DNA from: Parcubacteria group bacterium
Lineage (GTDB): Bacteria; Patescibacteriota; Patescibacteriia; UBA2169
Assembly: GCA_016181765.1 (NCBI GenBank)
Contig: JACOYR010000001.1
Location: 93,062 to 157,061, forward strand
DNA length: 64,000 nt
Reading direction: 5' to 3'
The translations under genes and the position numbers were made by a program. Shown one piece after another: positions 8,274 to 17,121 of this stretch (its first letter is position 1; every line of letters starts with the position of its first letter). The notes below the pieces were generated by a model. The model saw nothing but the letters and a program-made list of their open reading frames with translations. It was not told the DNA's origin and ran no database searches.

Positions 8274-10390
8274 CCAGGCTTGGGACGGGGATTTTGACAT
8301 GCCGCTTCCAAGCCAAGCAAGGGCCAGGTGTTGGCGATGACGCAATAAGGTTCCCCGTCTTTTTGATGCTCTTGCCATACCAGGCGGCTCGCTTCCAGTT
8401 CATCTGTAGTTACGACTTCAAGCTTGGGGCCCGAGGCATAGGTTGATGTTGCCCCGAATGCGAGCAGAAATGTGATGGCAAGTATTTTTTTACGCATGGG
8501 AATCTTGATGCGCTTCTCGTGGAGGAAGAGCCATATCCCCCACCCCAAAAACAGAATCATAAAAAACACAATGGTCTCGTTCAGCCTGCGCGCGAGGATG
8601 TGCACGCCCTCGGTGAATGACCAGGAAATGAAGTACGCGCCGAGCGTTACTCCGAACAGGACCGCAAGCAGGACAATAACGCGCCGCTCGCGCTTCCGCC
8701 TCAAAAGGCGATACAGCGCCCAACAAATCACAAGCCACGCGCCCATGGAGACAATGAACGGCACGATGCGGTACGAGAACAAGGGCAGCCGCGACAGTGA
8801 TTCTTTACTCTGGTTATATAAAAAGTTCCCCTGGTCAATGAAATCCGGGGGCACCACGATTCCGATGAACCCGGACAGCCTGCCGAACGCGTCAGCCAGA
8901 GCGTCAATGACGCCTGGAATTGAGAGAGAGCCTGGCGCATAACTGGAAAGGCCCTGGAAGAGCTCCAAAAACGGAATCGCGAACACGGACGCGATGACGA
9001 GCAAACCGAAAATGGTTTTGTCGCGCAGCGCTATCCTGCGGTCGCTGAATCCGAACTTGAGCTTGAGCTTGTACCAGTGGTTGCGCTCCATAAAGAGCTT
9101 CCGCCAGCCGACAGCGAGAATGCCGAACAGGGCAAGCGCAAAAAAATTCAGGATGTACCCCCAGTAAAATGCGAACGAGAAGAAGCTTGCCGCAACAAGC
9201 GTGGAGCGCCTGCCCTCTGTTGCGTAGTGCGCCCACACGAGCAACACGAAAAAGAAAAACAAGTGCCCGAACGAAACCGGAATCGTGATGGCCCCTTCTG
9301 ACTGGAAGGTGTAGAAAAGCGTTGGCAAAAACGCGAACAGCAAACCTATTCGTTCCCCCTCCTTACCAAGGAGGGGGCCGGGGGGTGGTCCTTCATCAAA
9401 AACCAGCCGCCCGAACCAGTATAAAATGAGCGGCAGAAACAGCGACCAGAGCGCAAAAACAAGCAGCAGATCAACCCAGAACAAGCTCACCCCAAGGGAT
9501 TCGCTCAAAAAAATTGTTGATGCCCACTGTGATGCGTATGATGTTTTGTTGCCCGCAACCAGGGCCTCGGGCACTGCAATGGGCCCAAAGTAAATATTTG
9601 ACCGTTCTTCGCCCCAGATGCTCGGGGTGTAGATGTTCCCCTCCTGGAGCCACTCTTCCGCGCCCAGGTGCCGCCACTTGTCCCCTCCGAATCCGGTTTC
9701 ATACACCACCGGCAGATACGCGTGCGAGAGGTACGAGAATAGGATAATGAGGCCGAGCACGAGCTTGACGGAGCCGCGGGTAAACACCATATACCCAAGC
9801 AGAAACACGAGCCCGAAAAACAGCATCAATGTGAATGATGAGAGCGCGGCCCACGGGGAGAGGATGTACACCCCGGTGCGGCTGTGGAAGATGAAAAACG
9901 CGAACAGCGCCGAGAGGGCTATAAAACCAATGACCTGCCAGTCCCGTGTCATTGCGAGCGAACGTACTCGTGAGCGAAGCAATCTTAACGTCGCGCCTAA
10001 GAATGTCCTTTTGACACCAAGCCATCGTCGCGTTGATAGGATTGCTTCGCCTCGCTGTCGCTCGGCTCGCAATGACAAGAGCACTCCAACCAGCCCGACA
10101 ACAAGCAACGCCGCGGCAACCGCAATCCTATCGTACTTCCACACCACCACCGGAATGCCAATGGCAAACGCGGAGAGATAGAATCCAGTGAGAAATCCAA
10201 ACACTCGCGCCCATGCGGCGCTAAACGGAAGCACGCGTTCCAGAACCGCGCCCCAGGCCATGGCGTTCACGCCATAGTACAGGATCAAGCCAAAAACGCC
10301 GACCAAAAACGACTGGCCCCCGGTCCAGTTTCCGTACAAGAGCGCAACTGACGCTATGAGGAGCAGTGTGCGTGTTATGATCCGCCACAT
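8270..10390 (-). CDS. Large polytopic integral membrane protein (706 aa), possibly a GT-C-like glycosyltransferase or polymerase
   Basis: At least 12 hydrophobic helices with a hydrophilic C-terminal domain. It is embedded among glycosyltransferase genes. It contains in-frame palindromic element B (9355-9390, encoding GPPPGPLLGKEGE). Confidence 0.65.
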   Translation of the reverse strand: MWRIITRTLLLIASVALLYGNWTGGQSFLVGVFGLILYYGVNAMAWGAVLERVLPFSAAWARVFGFLTGFYLSAFAIGIPVVVWKYDRIAVAAALLVVGLVGVLLSLRAERQRGEAILSTRRWLGVKRTFLGATLRLLRSRVRSLAMTRDWQVIGFIALSALFAFFIFHSRTGVYILSPWAALSSFTLMLFFGLVFLLGYMVFTRGSVKLVLGLIILFSYLSHAYLPVVYETGFGGDKWRHLGAEEWLQEGNIYTPSIWGEERSNIYFGPIAVPEALVAGNKTSYASQWASTIFLSESLGVSLFWVDLLLVFALWSLFLPLILYWFGRLVFDEGPPPGPLLGKEGERIGLLFAFLPTLFYTFQSEGAITIPVSFGHLFFFFVLLVWAHYATEGRRSTLVAASFFSFAFYWGYILNFFALALFGILAVGWRKLFMERNHWYKLKLKFGFSDRRIALRDKTIFGLLVIASVFAIPFLELFQGLSSYAPGSLSIPGVIDALADAFGRLSGFIGIVVPPDFIDQGNFLYNQSKESLSRLPLFSYRIVPFIVSMGAWLVICWALYRLLRRKRERRVIVLLAVLFGVTLGAYFISWSFTEGVHILARRLNETIVFFMILFLGWGIWLFLHEKRIKIPMRKKILAITFLLAFGATSTYASGPKLEVVTTDELEASRLVWQEHQKDGEPYCVIANTWPLLGLEAACQNPRPKPG
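9355..9390. repeat. In-frame SD/anti-SD palindromic element, copy B
   Basis: CCCCCTCCTT-ACC-AAGGAGGGGG followed by CCGGGGGGTGGTC. It lies inside the 706 aa membrane-protein gene and encodes GPPPGPLLGKEGE on the minus strand. Confidence 0.8.
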
Positions 10391-11526
10391 AGTGCGAGCA
10401 ATTGTTTTCCAATACTATCCCAATTATACCTCTTTTCCGCAAGTGCGCGAGCAGCTTTCCCCATGACTGCGCGCTTTGACGGATCAGCAAGCACAGTGCT
10501 GATTGCGGCAGCGAGCGCTTGTTCGTCCTTAATAGGCACTGTGATGCCGGACACGCCATCCTCGTACACGGACCGGACCCCGGGTAAATTTGACGTAATC
10601 ACCGGCGTGCCAGCTGCCATGGATTCAGCCAAAACAATCCCGAATGATTCTGACTGGTCAATGGACGGCAAAACCGTGACTGCCGCGGTTTGATACAGCT
10701 TCATCAATTCCTCATCTGATACGCCGCCTGCAAAGTTGACGCGGCCACTGACACCCAACTCTTGGGCTAATTTTTTGTACTGTTCCGCCAACTCCCCTTT
10801 TCCGGCTATGACAAGCCTTACTTCCCCCCTTGTATTCAGGAGGGGACCAAGGGGGGGTCTCGCAACCAACGAAAATGCCTTAATCAGGTATTCCACGCCC
10901 TTAAAATAGTGCGCCCTATCCAAACCCCCCACGAACAAAACTATATTCTCCCGCGGCGCGGGATTGAACGTAAACCGCTCAAAATCAACGCCAATGGGAA
11001 TGACGCGGAATTTTTTGTCATCTGACCAAAAGCGCCGCAAATCCGAATGCCGCGCATAATCTTCACTTGATGCGAGCACCGCATCTGCGGCGTTGATGAT
11101 CCGCGGCAGAAAAAATGCCGTGGCATACCAAAATACTAAGCCTTTCAACCCCGAACCTACCACATCCATGTTGTAGTTGAGGATAAGCTTGAACCCATAT
11201 TTCTTTTTTGCGCGATACACGGCCCGCATGCCCCCGAAAAACGGGTACTGCAAAATGACTGCATCAAAACCGCGCAGTTGACGTTCCAACTGCGGCACCC
11301 AAGCCGCGTTCCCGTATTTGAGCTTAGGCTCAAGCAGAATCACCTCCCCCTCCTTTATTAAGGAGGGGGTCGGGGGGTGGTCAGGTGCGGGGCTATATCC
11401 GTAATTCGGCGTAAACACGGACACACTCTGCCCTTGGCCCGCCAAAAGCCGCGCATGATGGTACGCGATGGTCCCCATGCCTCCGCGGTACGGAGGAAAT
11501 ACCGGCGTGACAACGGCTATCTTCAT
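10375..11526 (-). CDS. Family 4 glycosyltransferase (GT-B fold)
   Basis: The ORF has the ESFGIVLAESMAAGTPVI nucleotide-sugar-binding motif. It carries two in-frame palindromic elements: C (10824-10860) in the interdomain linker and D (11346-11385) near the N-terminus. Confidence 0.85.
   Translation of the reverse strand: MKIAVVTPVFPPYRGGMGTIAYHHARLLAGQGQSVSVFTPNYGYSPAPDHPPTPSLIKEGEVILLEPKLKYGNAAWVPQLERQLRGFDAVILQYPFFGGMRAVYRAKKKYGFKLILNYNMDVVGSGLKGLVFWYATAFFLPRIINAADAVLASSEDYARHSDLRRFWSDDKKFRVIPIGVDFERFTFNPAPRENIVLFVGGLDRAHYFKGVEYLIKAFSLVARPPLGPLLNTRGEVRLVIAGKGELAEQYKKLAQELGVSGRVNFAGGVSDEELMKLYQTAAVTVLPSIDQSESFGIVLAESMAAGTPVITSNLPGVRSVYEDGVSGITVPIKDEQALAAAISTVLADPSKRAVMGKAARALAEKRYNWDSIGKQLLALCGGS
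10824..10860. repeat. In-frame palindromic element, degenerate copy C
   Basis: CCCCCCTTGTATTCAGGAGGGGACCAAGGGGGGGTCT lies inside GT4 and encodes RPPLGPLLNTRGEV. Confidence 0.6.
11346..11385. repeat. In-frame SD/anti-SD palindromic element, copy D
   Basis: CCCCCTCCTT-TATT-AAGGAGGGGG followed by TCGGGGGGTGGTCAGG. It lies inside GT4 and encodes PDHPPTPSLIKEGEV. Confidence 0.8.
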
Positions 11527-12563
11527 ATGAGTCGCACGATATGGAAATACAGTGACGAAAACGGGCTCATGACATAGGTGAGCGCCGGATTCCTGATTTC
11601 GGAAAACGAAAATCCCGCATCCATGGTCCTAAAAATCTTTCGGTCATTGACCGTGCGCATTGACTGCACGCGCCTGCGTTGGCGCGCGATTGAGGGAATA
11701 TTCACCAAAATCCAACCATAGCTTCTCAATTTCTTCCCGAGCCAGCCGCCCGCAATGCTGTACAAGAGCATCATCGCCTCAATCGCCAAAAGCATGGGGC
11801 TAAGCAATACCAGCGACTTGACGCTGTAGTTCTGCAAAAGCACGGCCCACCGGTTGCGCTCGGTCCAGTAAAACATTTCCTTGTTGCGGTTGAACTGGTA
11901 GTAGTGGTATGCAACCGCGCGTGGCGCGAGCATCACGCGGTAGCCGGCCAGTTTCGCGCGCCAGCACAAATCCAGATCCTCGTGGTACATAAAAAACTTC
12001 TCATCCAGCACGCCAATGCGCTCTAAGGCGCTGCGTTTGACGAGAAGCGCGGCGCCGGACGCATACCCAATGGAAAGCGGCTCGCGATCCTTCCATCGCT
12101 CCAGAGGCTCGCGATAATGCGAAACAAATCCGAATCCAAGGTAGTGCAAGGCATTGCCCGCGTTATTCGCCAATGACCGCTCATCGCCCAAAACCAGCAT
12201 CCCCTGCACGATTCCGACATCATCCGGTGACGCGGCTTTTACGATTTCAGACAAAAAATCAGGCGCAACTTCCATATCCTGGTTCAGCATCAAAATATAT
12301 TCGTACTTGTGGCGAAGCGCCTCCTTGATGCCGAGATTGCTGCCTCCCACAAACCCGAGATTCTTTACGGAACGGATTACATCAACATCAGGAAATTCTT
12401 TTTCCACGATGTCCGCAGTCCCGTCGGATGAAGCGTTGTCAACGACAATGACGCCAAAGCCCCCCGTGTACGCATTCCGAAAAACGGAAGCTAGGCATTT
12501 CTGTATCCACCTGCTTCCGTTGTAGGTAACGATAATTACTGCGACTTTATTCTTCATCACCAA
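11523..12563 (-). CDS. Family 2 glycosyltransferase (rhamnosyltransferase-like)
   Basis: KVAVIIVTYNGSRWI and VVDNASSDGT are a typical GT2 N-terminus. Confidence 0.8.
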   Translation of the reverse strand: MVMKNKVAVIIVTYNGSRWIQKCLASVFRNAYTGGFGVIVVDNASSDGTADIVEKEFPDVDVIRSVKNLGFVGGSNLGIKEALRHKYEYILMLNQDMEVAPDFLSEIVKAASPDDVGIVQGMLVLGDERSLANNAGNALHYLGFGFVSHYREPLERWKDREPLSIGYASGAALLVKRSALERIGVLDEKFFMYHEDLDLCWRAKLAGYRVMLAPRAVAYHYYQFNRNKEMFYWTERNRWAVLLQNYSVKSLVLLSPMLLAIEAMMLLYSIAGGWLGKKLRSYGWILVNIPSIARQRRRVQSMRTVNDRKIFRTMDAGFSFSEIRNPALTYVMSPFSSLYFHIVRLI

Positions 12564-12921
12564 TCACCCCGGACGATTCCTCTGGAATCGCCGGGGGCCC
12601 CGATTTCATGGCCACATGGCGCACGATTTTCGTAATGTCGCGCTCCACGCGCTCAATGTGCACGAATAACCGGAAGATGAGGTAAAACGCCAATGCAACG
12701 GCAATGTAAACGACCAAATCAATTCCGGTTGCCGTCTGCAACCCAATGTATGATGCAACGCGGTCCGCAAGCTGGGGGTACAGCGCCACCATGCCCACGC
12801 CAAACCACAGGAGCGCCCAAAACACAGCTTCCCGAAACGTGATTTCGCGCCGCTTGAGCTTGGCGCCAACGCGCGTAATCAGGAACAGAACGACAATGAT
12901 GGTAACAACTTGTATAAGCAT
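12547..12921 (-). CDS. Small membrane protein, DUF2304-like
   Basis: The 124 aa ORF has three predicted transmembrane helices and lies downstream of a polyprenol-phosphate GT2. This is the usual DUF2304 context. Confidence 0.5.
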   Translation of the reverse strand: MLIQVVTIIVVLFLITRVGAKLKRREITFREAVFWALLWFGVGMVALYPQLADRVASYIGLQTATGIDLVVYIAVALAFYLIFRLFVHIERVERDITKIVRHVAMKSGPPAIPEESSGVIGDEE

Positions 12922-12927
12922 AGGAAT

Positions 12928-13014
12928 AAGGTGTACAGGGTGTGTAAAATTTTTCGCGAGAATGCATGGGCAAAGCCCCCTTCGGAGCGAAAAATTTTAC
13001 ACACCCGAACACCT
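12928..13014. repeat. Intergenic palindromic element, copy 1
   Basis: 26-nt inverted arms AGGTGTACAGGGTGTGTAAAATTTTT / AAAAATTTTACACACCCGAACACCT flank the core CGCGAGAATGCATGGGCAAAGCCCCCTTCGGAGCG. Related copies lie at 17018-17116 and 31937-32040. Confidence 0.8.
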
Positions 13015-13026
13015 ATTACGGAAACA

Positions 13027-13698
13027 TTATTTTATCACTTTCCCCCATAAGAATCTGACCCCGAGCAGCACTTTCTTTATATTACTCTCTCCTTTCGCTT
13101 TTGAGTAGTCCGTGTACGCGATAGTCACCGGAACTTCGCAGACGGATAATCCATGCTCCGCGATCTGGTCAATCACCTCGGACGCATAGGACATGCCGTC
13201 CTGCCTGCAGTCAATAGCCTCCAGAGCGCGCGCCGAAAACGCGCGGAACCCGTTGTGGCTGTCCGTGAGCCTGATGCCGGAAAACGCCCACGTAAAAATA
13301 ATGGCAATCTTGATGAGAACTTTACGTACGAACGGCGTTGACGCATTGCCACGCAAAAATCGCGACCCAACCACCACATCAGCCTCGCCCGCCTGAATCG
13401 GCCCGATAACCCGGGCAATCTCGCCCGCATCATGCTGGCCGTCCCCGTCAAAGTGCACCACAATATCGTACCCATGCCCCAAGGCGTACTGATTTCCGGT
13501 TTCCAAAGCAGCGCCATACCCCCGGTTGACGAAATGGCGAAGTACCGCAGCACCGGCGCGACGAGCCTCATCCGCCGTGGCATCTAAAGACGCGTCATCA
13601 ACCACAAGCACCCCGTACCCGAGCTCCCGCACGGAGCGGACAACGCCAAAAATTTTTCGGGACTCATGGTATGCTGGAACAACGACGAGCGTGCGCAT
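13027..13698 (-). CDS. Polyprenol-phosphate glycosyltransferase (GT2, GtrB/ArnC/DPM1-like)
   Basis: The 223 aa ORF reads VVVPAYHES...VVDDASLDAT...DGDGQHD, which is a DPM1-like GT2 pattern. Confidence 0.8.
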   Translation of the reverse strand: MRTLVVVPAYHESRKIFGVVRSVRELGYGVLVVDDASLDATADEARRAGAAVLRHFVNRGYGAALETGNQYALGHGYDIVVHFDGDGQHDAGEIARVIGPIQAGEADVVVGSRFLRGNASTPFVRKVLIKIAIIFTWAFSGIRLTDSHNGFRAFSARALEAIDCRQDGMSYASEVIDQIAEHGLSVCEVPVTIAYTDYSKAKGESNIKKVLLGVRFLWGKVIK

Positions 13699-13705
13699 AA
13701 TTGGG

Positions 13706-13735
13706 GTCCCCAGAAACTGCCGAAGGCATTTCTGG
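13706..13735. other. Stem-loop between the ugd stop and the GT2 start
   Basis: CCCCAGAAACTGCCGAAGGCATTTCTGGGG gives a 9-bp stem with a structured loop. There is no T-run, so it may act as an attenuator or processing site. Confidence 0.3.
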
Positions 13736-13744
13736 GGTGATATA

Positions 13745-15037
13745 TTAGCGGCCTATCCCCTCGTACTCAAAACCAAGCTTTTTCATCTCGCGGGGGTCAA
13801 GCAAATTCCGGGCGTCAATCACCAAAGGCTTGCGCATGATGGTCCGGATTTTAGCCCAGTCCAGCTCCCTGAATTCCGGCCACTCGGTCGCAATTACAAT
13901 GGCATCAGCTCCCAACGCGCCCTCGTGGGCATCACGCACCAAAATGACCAGGTCATTCAAAACTTTTTTCGCGTTCAATAAGGCGAGCGGGTCATAGGCG
14001 CTGATGTTGGCGCCCTGCTGCTGCAGCCGGCCGATGATGTCAATGGCGCCGGATTCGCGCACGTCATCCGTGTGCGCCTTAAACGCCAAACCCAGCACCA
14101 GGATATTCTTGCCGTTCAAAATTTTCAGGCGCTTATTCACCTTGTCAACCACTATTCTCCGCTGCTGCTCGTTCACCTCTATCACGGATTTCAAAAGTTT
14201 GAACGCGTACCCTTCGGCATCAGAAAACTGGTGCAGGGCGCGCACGTCTTTGGGGAAGCAGGAGCCGCCGTAGCCCATGCCCGCTTTCAGGAACGCCTTG
14301 CCGATGCGGGGGTCGGTTCCAATCCCTTCCGCGACTTTGTCCACGTCAGCGCCGGTCAGCTCGCAGATGTTCGCCACTTCGTTGATGAACGAAATCTTGG
14401 TCGCCAAAAACGCGTTTGCCGCGTACTTGATCATTTCAGCGGTCGCAAGGTCCGTCATGACAACCGGAGCTTTCACTCCCTGGTACATGTCCGCAACCGT
14501 CTGTGCCGCTTCCTCGTCATTGGAACCCACCACAATGCGGTCGGGCCGCATCATGTCCGCGACTGCCTGCGACTCGCGCAAAAATTCCGGATTTGAAACC
14601 ACGCTGAACTCGCCCTTAAACGCCTGGCGGATGGTGCGAGCCACGAGCTTGCCCGTACCCACAGGCACCGTGCTCTTGGTCACGACAATCGGCGTTTTCA
14701 CCTTCAGTTTTGCAAATTGCTTCCCGAGCTCGCGGGCAACCGCGCGCACCGCGGACAAATCAGCGCCCCCGTCCAGAAGGGGCGGGGTCCACACGCAGAT
14801 GAAGTGCACCCACGATTCGCGCACCGCCTCTTCCATGTTGGTAGTGTACGAGATGCGGTCCGCGTTCTTGTTCAGGAGCCGCTCCAGTCCGGGCTCGTGG
14901 ATGGGAATAATGCCGCGCTCAAGCTTCTCAATCTTCTCACGGTCAATATCCATGATGATGACCTCATGCCCAAACTCCGCGAATGCGGCCCCGGAAACGA
15001 GACCCACGTACCCGGCTCCAATGATGGATAGTTTCAT
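13745..15037 (-). CDS. ugd: UDP-glucose 6-dehydrogenase / nucleotide-sugar dehydrogenase
   Basis: The 430 aa ORF has an N-terminal GAGYVG Rossmann motif and the GGSCFPKD catalytic-Cys motif. Confidence 0.9.
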   Translation of the reverse strand: MKLSIIGAGYVGLVSGAAFAEFGHEVIIMDIDREKIEKLERGIIPIHEPGLERLLNKNADRISYTTNMEEAVRESWVHFICVWTPPLLDGGADLSAVRAVARELGKQFAKLKVKTPIVVTKSTVPVGTGKLVARTIRQAFKGEFSVVSNPEFLRESQAVADMMRPDRIVVGSNDEEAAQTVADMYQGVKAPVVMTDLATAEMIKYAANAFLATKISFINEVANICELTGADVDKVAEGIGTDPRIGKAFLKAGMGYGGSCFPKDVRALHQFSDAEGYAFKLLKSVIEVNEQQRRIVVDKVNKRLKILNGKNILVLGLAFKAHTDDVRESGAIDIIGRLQQQGANISAYDPLALLNAKKVLNDLVILVRDAHEGALGADAIVIATEWPEFRELDWAKIRTIMRKPLVIDARNLLDPREMKKLGFEYEGIGR

Positions 15038-15945
15038 ACGTTTGTCCTAAACCACTCCCAGGTCACCCCAAGCCCTTCCTGAATGCCAACGCTCGGCTGC
15101 CAGCCGAGTTCTCGGGCCGCGAGACCATTATCCAAACTATTCCGCACTACCTCTCCTGCAACTGGTTTGGTACGCTCAATAGTAGTATCTTTTTGCGCTT
15201 CCTGCAAGAGTATGGAAGCAATCGTGTTAATGCTGGTTTCTATGCCCGTTGAAACATTATACATGCCAAATTTCTGGTTTGATGACAATGCCTTGATGTT
15301 TGCGCGTACTACGTCATCCACAAACACAAAATCCCTGGTCTGCTCCCCGTCTCCAAAAATAGTTAATGACGATCCAACCGCCAATTTCTTGCAGAAAACT
15401 GCCACCACTCCGCCCTCTCCCATGGTTCCCTGGCGCGGGCCGTACACGTTTGAATATCGCAATATGATTGACGGAATGCCGGACTCTTTCAACGCTCTTT
15501 CTATCTCTGCTTTCTGCTCTCCATAAGGTGATGTCGGCGCAACTGCTTCTGACTCTTTGATGGGCAGATTCTGGTTGTCCCCGTACACTGCCGCTGACGA
15601 CGCGAAGATGAACTTTGTGACACCCGCGGCTTTTGACGCGTTGATGACGTTCATTGATCCCGTGACATTCACGCCGTACGCAGCTTTAGGATCCTTGAAA
15701 CTCTCCCGAAGCTCAATCATAGCAGCCAAATGGAACACTGCTTCTGGCTTGTGTTCTGCAAACGCGCGACTGACGCTATCAGCATCACGAATATCAGCTT
15801 TTATGACCGTTGCCGCGGGGTTAATGAATTCGCGATTCCCCGCGCTAAAATCATCAAGGATCACGATTTCGTGACCCTCGCTGATCAAACCATCAACAAT
15901 GTGCGAACCGATGAACCCCGCTCCGCCGGTGACCAGGACGTTCAT
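15034..15945 (-). CDS. NAD-dependent sugar epimerase (UDP-glucose 4-epimerase-like)
   Basis: The real start is the internal Met ([15 protein letters not shown]) at 15945. The ORF-track N-terminal extension is Arg/Ser-rich out-of-frame-like sequence. A YxxxK (YGEQK) motif is present. Confidence 0.8.
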   Translation of the reverse strand: MNVLVTGGAGFIGSHIVDGLISEGHEIVILDDFSAGNREFINPAATVIKADIRDADSVSRAFAEHKPEAVFHLAAMIELRESFKDPKAAYGVNVTGSMNVINASKAAGVTKFIFASSAAVYGDNQNLPIKESEAVAPTSPYGEQKAEIERALKESGIPSIILRYSNVYGPRQGTMGEGGVVAVFCKKLAVGSSLTIFGDGEQTRDFVFVDDVVRANIKALSSNQKFGMYNVSTGIETSINTIASILLQEAQKDTTIERTKPVAGEVVRNSLDNGLAARELGWQPSVGIQEGLGVTWEWFRTNV

Positions 15946-15946
15946 G

Positions 15947-17008
15947 CTACTCTTTCCTGTCAAGCGTGCTCTCCTCCCACAAGCCCTGCTGCTCGTAACT
16001 GGATTTGACGCTGCGCATGTACTCAATGGTTTCTTTGAGCCCTTGTTCCATCTTGACCACCGGAAACCATCCGAGCGAATCTTTGGCGCGTTTGATGTCC
16101 GGAAGACCCTGGTCATGCATGTCCGGCAACGGCTTATCAAAAATGACCTTGGATGCGGAACCGACCAGGGTGATGACCTGCTCGGCGATGTCCGCAAGAT
16201 GGTGCTCCTCATCGCTCCCGATGTTCACCGGCCCCTGCTCTTTGGGGAACTCCATGAGCTTCAGGATGCCCTCAACCGTGTCCCGCACGTAGCAGAACGT
16301 GCTCGCTTTTTCTTTTTCCCCGTAGATGGTGATGTCGTTCCCGTCAATGGCAGCGGCAATAAAATCCGGAATGTGCCGCCCCTCGGCCATGATCATGCGC
16401 GGCCCGTACGTGCTGAATATGCGGGCTATGGAAACGTCAACTCCTGCCTGATCGCGGTACACCGTGCACAGGGCCTCGCTGAAGCGCTTGCCCTCGTTGT
16501 ACGCGGCGCGCGAGCCAACCGGGTCAATGAACCCCCAGTAGTCTTCCTTGAAGTGCCCGTCCTCGGGGGGCGGGTCGCCGTAGATCGCGGATGACGAAAG
16601 GTGTACAACCCGCGCGCCATACTGCTTGGCAAGGTCAAGCACGTGTTTGGCGCCCAGAGAGTGCACGAGCGCAGTTTCCATGGCAAAGCGCTTGGGGTCT
16701 TTGTACGAGGTCGGGGTCGCGCAGTTGTAGATCTCCTGGATGCCCGCGAACTCAACCTCAAACACTTTCAACTCCGGGAACCGTACCAAGTTAATGGACT
16801 CGGTGATGTCGTGCCGCAGAAATTTGAAATTCGGCAGTGCTAGCTGCCGCTCAATGTTCATCACGGTGCCCGAAACCAGGTTATCAATGCAAATCACGTT
16901 CACGCCCGCATCGGACGCGAGCGCCTCGCAGATGTGCGAACCGATGAACCCCGCCCCTCCCGCAACAATCACATTCTTTTTTTTGAATACTCCTTGAGTG
17001 TTTGACAT
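15947..17008 (-). CDS. UDP-glucuronate decarboxylase-like (UXS / UDP-xylose synthase family) SDR
   Basis: The start is the internal Met ([25 protein letters not shown]). The YNEGKR motif is typical of UXS. The gene is adjacent to ugd, which would supply UDP-GlcA. Confidence 0.7.
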   Translation of the reverse strand: MSNTQGVFKKKNVIVAGGAGFIGSHICEALASDAGVNVICIDNLVSGTVMNIERQLALPNFKFLRHDITESINLVRFPELKVFEVEFAGIQEIYNCATPTSYKDPKRFAMETALVHSLGAKHVLDLAKQYGARVVHLSSSAIYGDPPPEDGHFKEDYWGFIDPVGSRAAYNEGKRFSEALCTVYRDQAGVDVSIARIFSTYGPRMIMAEGRHIPDFIAAAIDGNDITIYGEKEKASTFCYVRDTVEGILKLMEFPKEQGPVNIGSDEEHHLADIAEQVITLVGSASKVIFDKPLPDMHDQGLPDIKRAKDSLGWFPVVKMEQGLKETIEYMRSVKSSYEQQGLWEESTLDRKE

Positions 17009-17017
17009 ATAGTAACG

Positions 17018-17116
17018 CAGTAATGAATTTTCAGGGGTACAAATTTCGTAGCGAGAATGATGAAGCGAAGCTTCCCTTCGGAGCGGAGAAATTTCGTACC
17101 CCTGACAATTCATTGC
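17018..17116. repeat. Intergenic palindromic element, copy 2 (divergent arms, same core)
   Basis: Arms GCAGTAATGAATTTTCAGGGGTACAAATTTC / GAAATTTCGTACCCCTGACAATTCATTGCC flank the core GTAGCGAGAATGATGAAGCGAAGCTTCCCTTCGGAGCGGAG. It sits between the S8 peptidase stop and the UXS-like start. Confidence 0.75.
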
Positions 17117-17121
17117 CTAAT

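Noticed and set aside
15034-17113. Long N-terminal extensions on the epimerase and UXS-like ORFs as given in the ORF track
   Set aside because: The extensions are Arg/Ser/Pro-rich and overlap the upstream gene. Rossmann-fold N-termini (M[14 protein letters not shown]) begin at internal Mets positioned 1-2 nt after the preceding stop.
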